From: Laetmonice hystrix
Lineage: Eukaryota
NCBI GenBank assembly: GCA_965235115.1
Contig: OZ249439.1
Span: 12,214,001-12,278,000, forward strand
Length of the DNA stretch: 64,000 bases
Reading direction: 5' to 3'
Shown here: positions 53,824-64,000 of the stretch, piece by piece
Layout of the letters: every line of letters begins with the position of its first letter
Position numbering within the stretch: position 1 is the stretch's first letter
Notes under the pieces: model-generated
Seen by the model: the letters and a program-made list of their open reading frames with translations, nothing else
What the model was told of the DNA's origin: nothing
Databases searched by the model: none
Program-made: the position numbers and the translations under genes

Positions 53824-55618
53824 TTTATGCCATAACGGCAACCAAGGCCATCTTCACGGCAAAAACATGGTGAAATAAGGAAAAGGGTCATCATTATGCT
53901 GGCAGCTGATACACATGCTGTCTCCTTCTTCAAGAAGAGAGGTTCACCCTAGTGGTGGCCGCAATGGGTGGAGAATTCCTTCTTCAAATTGAGACTACCC
54001 CTAAACCTATCCTTAACGCTCTGTGATTGGCTAATGATCTAGGGACTTATCTATCTCAGCCCACCACTAGGCACGCTGGGTGAAATCTCTCTCCTTGAAG
54101 AAGGAGAGACCACGAGTTTTCCTTTCCTTGAAGGAGAGAACATGCGTATCTGCTGGTTTGGTATTGAATCAAATAGGGAAAAGTAACTCCGTATTTCTGC
54201 CATACATTTGTGCCTGAAAGTGATAGCGGGAAGGCATGCATCAGTCAGCGGTCTGATGTTGACCTTGCCACCAAACCTTTGTCCGCCTGCTCGACAGACG
54301 GGCTCCGGCCACTGCACTGAATGCTGCGAGCGGACGGCAGCCTCTTGCTCCACTAACATAAACGCTGACACCAACTCAGACATGATAGCTTTATTGCATG
54401 GTCTCCACGATTGCATATCAGATGACTGCTTCGTTGCACAGAAGCCCTGTGCAATCGAACCCCTTTACTGTTAAAGCCATCAATATAAAAAGTGATCTAC
54501 CGATTCACTTAATCCTCGACCGATTGCGAAAATGAGTCGCCAGATATAGCTATCTTAATTAAAGCGATCTACACAGACGTGCCGACTTTTCAGTCAAAAG
54601 AAAAATCACAACCATTTCCCCCAGCTCAAGGCTGCAGTTGGAAATCGTGATTTGAAAATTGCAAGTTTTTCATACCAAACTGCGCGCCGACTCTCGCCGT
54701 GTTTCAAGAGAATGGTCTACCGATAAGCCGGCTTTATTCAGCTCTAGAAGTTTTCGATAATGAACGAAGATTAATGACAACACTAACAGCGCTTGATAGT
54801 AGGTCGCTTTGTATGGATCTGACTTTGATATGGCCCTGAAAAATATAGAAGCCGGGAGGCCACAGGCTGTCAGTGCTTGCGTCACTGTAAACTCTAGAGT
54901 TTTATCCAAGGTCATATTAATATGTAGGTCAATGTCTATATTATGAAGGATGGGTCTATGCAAACAGGCATACAGGGGCCTATTATAATGCAGGTGTATA
55001 GGTAGTTTAAATCAAAAGAATAATATTGCCTATTGTCATAGAGTTATTATTGAAATATGCTCGCCGCATGATGCCTGACGTAAACCATCAAGAACTGGTG
55101 ATGCCATGCTCAGTCAACGTCAATGACGTCCCCAGTCTATTTCATACACAAAAGGTGCAGCTTTCTTTACGCATAAAGGCATGCCGTATGGAGGCAGACT
55201 TCAGTGAAACACCCTGCCCCAAACCTAACAACCGGCAGACTTTCTCCCTCGCCATTCTTCCCCCCATTGAATCCTATTGCAGTTCGATTGTTGTCTGAAA
55301 AGGTTTGCGAGCGTTGGGACGTTTCCCAGCCGCCGTTGGCGCGTCATGTTCTGGCTGCCGTCTCGCCTTCACTCTGAATGCCACCACTCAAAAGGCTAAC
55401 CCGACGCCATGTTGATCTGGGTGAGCTATCGCCAACTATCATTGTGGTGATTTAGAGCGAGAGACAATGAGTATCTCTCCCACTGTGTTTACGGTCATTT
55501 GGAGACCATTTACGCGTTCACGGAGACGCTCAATTGACCACATTCGAGAACAATCGGACACCTTTCCATTGTGACAATAGGAGCGTCCGAGCCGCGTCAG
55601 TGAATACAGGAACGCGGG

Positions 55619-56628
55619 GTCCGAGTCGTGCAGGCTCGGCAAGTACCACCTCACACCTCCCGGCCGGCAGGAGTCCTGCAGGCTCGGCAAGTACCACCTC
55701 ACACCTCCCGGCCGGCAGGAGTCCTGCAGGCTCGGCAAGTACCACCTCACACCTCCCGGCCGGCAGGAGTCCTGCAGGCTCGGCAAGTACCACCTCACAC
55801 CTCCCGACCGGCAGGTCCGAGTCCTGCAGGCTCGGCAAGTACCACCTCACACCTCCCGGCCGGCAGGTCCGAGTCCTGCAGGCTCGGCAAGTACCACCTC
55901 ACACCTTCCGGCCGGCAGGTCCGAGTCCTGCAGGCTCGGCAAGTACCACCTCACACCTCCCGGCCGGGAGGTGTCCTGCAGGCTCGGCAAGTACCACCTC
56001 ACACCTCCCGGCCGGCAGGAGTCCTGCAGGCTCGGCAAGTACCACCTCACACCTCCCGGCCGGGAGGTGTCCTGCAGGCTCGGCAAGTATCACCTCACAC
56101 CTCCCGGCCGGCAGGAGTCCTGCAGGCTCGGCAAGTACCACCTCACACCTCCCGGCCGGCAGGTCCGAGTCCTGCAGGCTCGGCAAGTACCACCTCACAC
56201 CTCCCGGCCGGCAGGAGTCCTGCAGGCTCGGCAAGTACCACCTCACACCTCCCGGCCGGCAGGAGTCCTGCAGGCTCGGCAAGTACCACCTCACACCTCC
56301 CGGCCGGCAGGTCCGAGTCCTGCAGGCTCGGCAAGTACCACCTCACACCTCCCGGCCGGCAGGTCCGAGTCCTGCAGGCTCGGCAAGTACCACCTCACAC
56401 CTCTCAGCCGGCAGGTCCAAGTCCTGCAGGCTCGGCAAGTACCACCTCACACCTCCCGGCCGGCAGGAGTCGTGCAGGCTCGGCAAGTACCACCTCACAC
56501 CTCCCGGCCGGCAGGCTCGGCAAGTACCACCTCACACCTCCCGGCCGGCAGGCTCGGCAAGTACCACCTCACACCTCCCGGCCGGCAGGCTCGGCAAGTA
56601 CCACCTCACACCTCCCGACCGGCAGGTC
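55619..56628. repeat. GC-rich minisatellite, 21 units of 48, 52 or 37 bp
   Basis: (GTCC)GAGTCCTGCAGGCTCGGCAAGTACCACCTCACACCTCCCGGCCGGCAG; 21 GTACCACCTCAC-type cores counted. Explains the 351- and 374-aa pseudo-ORFs. Confidence 0.97.
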
Positions 56629-58809
56629 TCCTGGCGGTGTACTGGTAGCAGGACATAAAACAAGGGGGGTGGTGCGATATTGACGACGATTACAGGGGAA
56701 TGCCGATGGGCCTGATATGCTACAGTAATATCAGCACGCCTTCCTCTGGCGCAGGCGGGATCCATTCTCGCCGGCAACTTCAATCGAATTTTTGTGATGA
56801 TACTGTTGGTGATATGTTTGTATTAATACGCTGGTCGACCTAACCCGGCCACCAGTGGGCTGTCTGTTATTAGGTGTCGTTTGTATACAAATGCATTAGC
56901 TGCGGGGAGGAGTAATGCGGAACTCCCGTTGAGAGGAGATTGCAATAATTCCTATGTTATTATATACAACCATGTGGCTCTACTTTATTAGCACGTACGG
57001 TCCCAACCGGCCGCGCCGAATGGTTTGGGACCCTGCGGTGCTTACGTCAAATCTCCAACCACCGCATGAATACGAATGGCACTTATTCTGTGGGACGGCA
57101 TCTGTTGTCAGCAGGTGCCCCCCCCCTTACCTCCACCTCGATCCACCCACAGGACATCAAGGCAGGCCATAGTACATCTGTGTTTACGCACAGCTACCGG
57201 TATAGAAACACGCGAGAGACCCAACATATAATTCTGGCGAAAACTGGCTAATGCTTTCAAAAAATACATGGAATAAACATCTCTCGCAAGGGTTTACACA
57301 CTGTAGAAAAAAGCTCCATGTGCCTTAACCATATTAGGCAGCCCTAATTATGTAAATCAAAAGCAACCAGAGGTAATCTGCATGTCGGTTCGAAACATTC
57401 TAGAATTGTTAATTACATTAGACGTGAAATGGCTCTTTAGAGAATAGAATCATTATGTAATTACCACATTATTTACACAAGTCACCGGTCAGTGTTCGTA
57501 GATGTTTGAGCGTTTTTTAAAAAGGCGCCGAGCTTTGAGGAAAATATTTCAAGATTTGTGGTACATTATTAGATGCAAGTGTTCATAATAAGGGGGATTT
57601 ATTTGTCTTATTCATATCGAATTCTGTATGTGGAGACAACATATGGTTCAAACGATCAATTACTACAATATAAAAGGTGATAGCTATATGTAGAAACACG
57701 AAACAGGTGTGTTCCATTGTCATATTGCAGCTTTTTCTCACGGTCAGGTTGCTATCATTGGGATATCCGTACACGTCACTACAGTTCTCTAGTATTAGAA
57801 TTACGCAAACCAAACCTTTCCTAGCACAAGCATGGCTGTAAATGGTTTCACTCGTGTTTCATTAGATCAGGGACAGAGGCTCAATATGTCTGACAACATT
57901 TGTCCATGTATGCAATAATCGGAGGCAATAAAACTATGAACTGTACTGCATGCTTTCAAACATGTATATAGACTGTTCCGACATTATAATACAGTCAAAG
58001 TTCTGTGTTCAGCCCAAACTATCCCTGAGGAGGTCATATGCATGCTTTACGCCGCTTGTAGAAGGATCTTTTCGCTAATGTTTCTGGACCAGGGCGTCCA
58101 CCCATGGCTCGTTACACCCACCATTACGTTAGTCGCATCCTTCAGACTTCATCACTTATTTAGTGGCCACAATGGCCGACAACAGCAAACTTCATGCTGA
58201 CATGAATACTCGCTTGATCACACTCGACTCGCTCCACAAGTGAATAGTTATTCAATTACGTCAATGGCCGAGCATAAGCTCCCTGACACGACTTATAAAT
58301 ATTGATTTCATACCCGCTACAAAGTGGAAGGCGGGCGATGGATGTTGGAGGCCGAGCTGTGTGTTGATCAGCAGGTTTTCATACCCACACCTGGAGCCTA
58401 TCGGTGGACGCTGAGATCTGAACCACAAGGCAAACCTTGGGCCGCAAACCAATTTACTTTGCGTTTTAAGGATACTTGCCACATTACCTCTATAGAAATA
58501 TGAGCCACTCGATATATTTCCAAAATACTTTATTAAATACCCTCCAATCAATACAATATTCGTGCTTCCCCTGAAGTTTCATACCGTACCCAACTCACTT
58601 TTCTCTTCTCATTTCTCGTCTCATTTACTTCAGCAGTGATTCTCCTCCTGCCGTCGGCTGCTACAACTGGCAGCCCTACGACGACTCTGGCGACAAGGGT
58701 TTGCATGGCCAGCTAAGCTTTTAACTGCCATATTAAAGTTTTCTTCCTTGCCACGCGTAAAATTGGGACATGTGCTTTATTAATTAAGTCGCCACTTTAT
58801 GTGTTGCAG

Positions 58810-58983
58810 GTACACGCATCGTCTACAGGAAACGTGACGCCGGCGCATGCGTCCGCGCTGTCTGTGGGGGCGGGTCAAGCCCCTCATCCTTCCCGTGGTC
58901 ACCATCACCATGGTGGCCATGGTCAGCATGGTCAACCTGTGGCCTCCATGAGACCATGGGTCCTTACTCAGAGAGATGTTGAG
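58810..58983 (+). CDS. Pcdh: Probable next coding exon of the protocadherin (cytoplasmic, His/Gly-rich): VHASSTGNVTPAHASALSVGAGQAPHPSRGHHHHGGHGQHGQPVASMRPWVLTQRDVE
   Basis: Acceptor CTTTATGTGTTGCAG|G and donor GAG|GTACGT. 174 nt, phase 0-0, open in the frame required by the exon ending at 35744. Its composition stands out from the AT-rich flanks. Assignment to this gene is inferred from phase, strand and position. Confidence 0.65.
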
Positions 58984-58986
58984 GTA

Positions 58987-59089
58987 CGTGCATCATAACA
59001 AATCAAAGATTTTATAGTATTAGGCTACAAGACGGCGTGCATCATAACAATCAAAGATTTTATAGTATTAGGCTACAAGGCGGCGTGCA
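58987..59089. repeat. ~49-bp tandem duplication starting inside the exon-2 donor site
   Basis: CGTGCATCATAACA(A)ATCAAAGATTTTATAGTATTAGGCTACAAG(A/G)CGG x2. Confidence 0.9.
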
Positions 59090-59688
59090 CAGAGGTTCCT
59101 TTCCTTGCCAGTACAGTGTATACTAGTATTACCTAGCCTTGCAGCGTATTAAATCCATGCACTCATCCCCGTTATATTACATTGTGGTGATCGACCTTAG
59201 TACCCTCCCCCAAAGCGAAATAACCGCAACCTTCTCAGGGCACAAACTCTAAGTAGTATATGGAAACAGTGGTTAGCGTCAGGCATTAAACGGCTTGTGT
59301 GGAGAAACCAGAAATGAGTTACTGGAGAGAACGCCTACCCCAGGACTGTTACCAATGTAAACTCAACGTCAGAAGATCGCTTTAATTGTCGACATTTGAT
59401 CTGTTAAAATCATATGAGGTGGGACAAAAAATACAAGGAGGTTCTTGAGGTCAGATTATCCTGCTTCAACAGCTATCAATGTCACCTCGACTGTGCCAAA
59501 TCTCTTATCGTTAGCAGAATACTGACCTCACTATTTGTGCTAAACTTCACCATAAGCTATCAGCTCTACAATACGATAAAACTTAATCGTGAAGACATGC
59601 AGTGAGTATAACATCCTTTAATAGCTGGAACTTGATCTCTCATGTGCATCTAAACTTACTGTCTCAATAGCCTTTGTATCCTTGGTCA

Positions 59689-61466
59689 AGGACAATCTGT
59701 AACTCCCAATGGTATACCTTCTATGAGGACAATCTGTTACTCCCAATGGTATACCGTCTACATGAGGACAATCTGTTACTCCCAATGGTATACCTTCTAT
59801 GAGGACAATCTGTTACTCCCAATGGTATACCGTCTACATGAGGACAATCTGTTACTCCCAATGGTATACCTTCTATGAGGACAATCTGTTACTCCCAATG
59901 GTATACCGTCTACATGAGGACAATCTGTTACTCCCAATGGTATACCTTCTACATGAGGACAATCTGTTACTCCCAATGGTATACCGTCTACATGAGAACA
60001 ATCTTTTACTCCCAATGGTATACCTTCTACATGAGGACAATCTGTTACTCCCAATGGTATACCTTCTATGAGGACAATCTGTTACTCCCAATGGTATACC
60101 GTCTACATGAGGACAATCTGTTACTCCCAATGGTATACCTTCTACATGAGGACAATCTGTTACTCCCAATGGTATACCTTCTACATGAGGACAATCTGTT
60201 ACTCCCAATGGTATACCTTCTACATGAGGACAATCTGTTACTCCCAATGGTATACCTTCTACATGAGGACAATCTGTTACTCCCGATGGTATACCTTCTA
60301 CATGAGGACAATCTGTTACTACCGATGGTATACCTTCTACATAAGGACAATCTGTTACTCCCAATGGTATACCTTCTACATGAGGACAATCTGTTACTCC
60401 CGATGGTATACCTTCTACATGAGGACAATCTGTTACTCCCGATGGTATACCTTCTATGAGGACAATCTTTTACTCCCAATGGTATACCTTCTATGAGGAC
60501 AATCTTTTACTCCCAATGGTATACCTTCTACATGACGACAATCTGTTACTCCCAATGGTATACCTTCTACATGACGACAATCTGTTACTCCCAATGGTAT
60601 ACCTTCTACATGAGGACAATCTGTTACTCCCAATGGTATACCTTCTACATGACGACAATCTGTTACTCCCAATGGTATACCTTCTACATGAGGACAATCT
60701 GTTACTCCCAATGGTATACCTTCTACATGAGGACAATCTGTTACTCCCGATGGTATACCTTCTACATGAGGACAATCTGTTACTCCCAATGGTATACCTT
60801 CTACATGAGGACAATCTGTTACTCCCAATGGTATACCTTCTATGAGGACAATCTGTTACTCCCGATGGTATACCTTCTACATGAGGACAATCTGTTACTC
60901 CCAATGGTATACCTTCTACATGAGGACAATCTGTTACTCCCAATGGTATACCTTCTACATGAGGACAATCTGTTACTCCCAATGGTATACCTTCTACATG
61001 AGGACAATCTGTTACTCCCGATGGTATACCTTCTACATGAGGACAATCTGTTACTCCCAATGGTATACCTTCTACATGAGGACAATCTGTTACTCCCAAT
61101 GGTATACCTTCTACATGAGGACAATCTGTTACTCCCAATGGTATACCTTCTACATGAGGACAATCTGTTACTCCCAATGGTATACCTTCTACATGAGGAC
61201 AATCTGTTACTCCCAATGGTATACCTTCTACATAAGGACAATCTGTTACTCCCAATGGTATACCTTCTACATGAGGACAATCTGTTACTCCCAATGGTAT
61301 ACCTTCTACATGAGGACAATCTTTTCTCCCAATGGTATACCTTCTACATGAGGACAATCTGTTACTCCCAATGGTATACCTTCTACATGAGGACAATCTG
61401 TTACTCCCAATGGTATACCTTCTACATGAGGACAATCTTTTACTCCCAATGGTATACCTTTTACAT
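59689..61466. repeat. Minisatellite, 39-bp unit with a 37-bp variant, ~46 copies
   Basis: ATGAGGACAATCTGTTACTCCCAATGGTATACC(T/G)TCT(AC); the source of all the long ORFs at 59797-61527. Confidence 0.98.
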
Positions 61467-64000
61467 ACCTTCTTTATTTGAACACGCTCACCAATTATCG
61501 CCCTTCCCTTTCAATAGTATTCTTTGAATAATTTACAGTGATTGTTTGAGATCAGCCCTCAAGGCAATTCTTCAGTTAACGCGTCACGCCGCTTAATGCG
61601 ATATGAACACTGACATAAACTGAGACGCAGCGTTCTATAATTGCATCCTGATCACGTTAGAAAGTGTCACTTTAAACCTCTTAGTCTTCGCTCAATATAT
61701 CCATGTGCTTGTTTATATAGCTGATATCAAGAAAAGACAGTGTAACAAGATTTGAGAACTTTATGCCATTACAAGTGTTACATTTTAAATCCACTTGTAA
61801 ACTTGGAGCCGGGTGTTGATCCGCGCACAATAAGCCACTCTTGCTGCAGGATATTAGAAACCCTAGTTGTTATATCCAGACTGGACGCCGAGCTGCGTAC
61901 AGCAGTCAAAGTGACGTGGCCCTGATAATTCTAGCCGCCATCGTTTCCCAGTGCCTGTAGACGTAACATCAGGTTGAGAGGTCGTGCGCTATCTCAAAGG
62001 CTCCATTTGGAACGCTATCGTCTGTTCGGGATCCACACAGTTTCTATCGCGCGCCTGTGGACATGGCTCAAAGAAAGAAGTGCCAGCCAGTTATAGCTCT
62101 TATCAGAGGGATCAACCCATCTGTTGGTGCCAACAGGATGAGTGGCTTTGGGCTGACGTCTTGCCTTAGTTCTGGCGCCCCATCTCCCCCCACGTGCCCC
62201 ACCAGCCTCCCCAAGATGGCGGTCCCCGGGGAAAGCAACTGCTCCCATTCGATACGCATCTGGCCACAAATCCCGTTTATTCCAAACCTTTTGATGGACC
62301 TTGTCATACCAGCGATCACATTTTCATCCACGTGTCGTTGCCAGGAATACATCCAGATTGGAGCCTCTGTCGTAAATAAGATCATGGCCACACAATGGCA
62401 GCCTACGATTGAGAACGTGATTACCTCGGCAGTCTACAGAATATGTGAGGGTCCTCTGTGGGAAGTCTTACCCTGCCCTCTCCTTGCCACGTCTTGGCAG
62501 GTTAATACGACGTTAGGCACAACACTGAGAGCCCTTCCACGACAGCCTCCTTCAAATTAATGCCATTTGTAAGACATACATTCGCCACATTTACTTTAAC
62601 CATCCATGCCTTGCGCGTTAGGGTTTGCAATATGTATTGCCAGGAATCTTCCCCTAGGTCTCTTCCCCTAACTAGACTTTCTAAACACTAACTCTTGGGA
62701 ATAGGTAAGACTGAATGGATTCGGATGATATACGATGGCAAATAACTATTCCAAAATTAAGAAAAAATAAAACCAATATTATTATCTCTTTATCAGTCCA
62801 CAAAATGCCCTAAGTGAAATATTCACATGTTGCACAATGGTGTGTAGTCATATTGAAGACCAGAAGCCAGGAAACAAAAACCGACATATATGGAACGAAT
62901 CTGGACCTAACTGTTAGTCACACTCTTGCTTGCGTGTCGATGCAACAAGCAATAGGCAATCCAGCTTTTTCTCATTTTCTCGGCGTAATACTTCCGTGCT
63001 AATGACATCGTCATAGTAACTGAGCAGCACCAACCACGCTGCCACAATCCATTCCGTTCGCATCACAGGAAGCCATGGCCAGAACGAGGCTGGCAGCACG
63101 GCCTGGACGCCGTGACGTACATCACGTGATGGACATGCCGACCCACAGCGCTTTGATAAAAAGACACGCATGATGAAAAGTGTCACTTGGGGGCGGTTGG
63201 CTTCATGCGGTAATTGGCTAAGAAAGAAAAAACCACTTGAGATGCCTTCCAACTGAGGTGGAAGCTCTGTAGAGACACACAAATGTCTCCTGACGTCCCT
63301 AAGGTGCATAGACACAGACGGCAGGGGGGGGGGTCCTCACAGCCTGAGCCTCCGTCAATTTTGTTCACGTTTCGCAAACGTAAACATGTCCCTTGTTGTG
63401 CACGCAATATGAGGCAGACATAGAACTTTCACACTCTTTCACTCAATCCGCCAGAGAGCTAGATTAGAATAAATAAATGGAATGTTTAAAGACAAATGTT
63501 ATGGTATAATATATTCATGTTCTTGATTATCGGTCGGGCTTATGATAGCATTGTTAGCTTTGTGTCTCATATAAAGAAATAAAGAAATAAAATAGTTAAT
63601 TAGTAAATAAATTTAAGAAACGGAGAAACAAAAAAACTTACATTTGCACGACCATGGCGTGTAAGGTTACTTTGTGAGCGATTACATCTGACCCTCGTCT
63701 TTGTCTTTATTGGAGAGTTGTGGTTGCCATAACTACGCAGGTGCTGAACCCCACTCCTTGTGACGTCATGGTCAAGTTTTTGATGATTGAAAAAGGTATA
63801 GAGTTGGCTTTAACCTGGAGGTTGATGTTTAGATGATTGGAGACAGAGCTGTGAGCTGTGGTCGCAGGTTGAGGGCGCTGACGTCTTTCAGTCTCTAAAA
63901 AACAAGTCAATGAGAAGGTGGTTGTTACAGATAGCACTCGGAATGCAATATGTCTTCCAGAAACAATTTCATTTTCCAACTTGTGGCTGATATTCTAATC

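Larger units (their letters stand above)
35745..58809 (+). other. Probable ~23-kb intron of the protocadherin gene
   Basis: Bounded by GT at 35745 and TTGCAG at 58809, both phase 0. Filled with repeats. Additional small exons inside cannot be excluded. Confidence 0.6.

Noticed and set aside
42900-61527. Long ORFs of 130-451 aa at 42900-44255, 55534-56683 and 59797-61527 (also 12176-12983)
   Set aside because: They are translations of minisatellites, open in several frames or strands and switching frame with unit indels; there is no sign of real coding.
62057-63315. ORFs with faint LINE/RTE-like phrases (QWQPTIENV; YYDDVISTEVLRR) or candidates for Pcdh exon 3
   Set aside because: Only a few residues resemble the motifs; no delta-Pcdh CM1/CM2 motif or convincing splice-site pair was found.

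Overview
This is eukaryotic genomic DNA, most consistent with an invertebrate bilaterian such as an annelid or mollusc; the species cannot be determined from the sequence. One gene is well supported: a + strand protocadherin with 7 cadherin repeats (delta1-like). Its signal peptide, whole ectodomain, TM helix and first 87 cytoplasmic residues lie in one 2.76-kb exon (32982-35744). A probable in-phase, His-rich second exon follows 23 kb later (58810-58983), and the gene probably continues beyond the window. The rest is intergenic or intronic: a 316-bp N gap, several large minisatellites (units of 30, 37-52, 39, 49 and 60 bp), microsatellites and non-autonomous DNA transposons. The transposons include a CAGGG-terminal MITE family with 5-bp TSDs (hAT5-like), one copy of which is nested in a TTA-flanked PIF/Harbinger-like element, and TTAA-flanked Kolobok-like elements. 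Almost all other ORFs in the track are repeat-derived or chance ORFs. I found no rRNA, tRNA or CRISPR features and no convincing new multi-gene system. The most interesting leads are a possible read-through protocadherin isoform and the nested transposon architecture.
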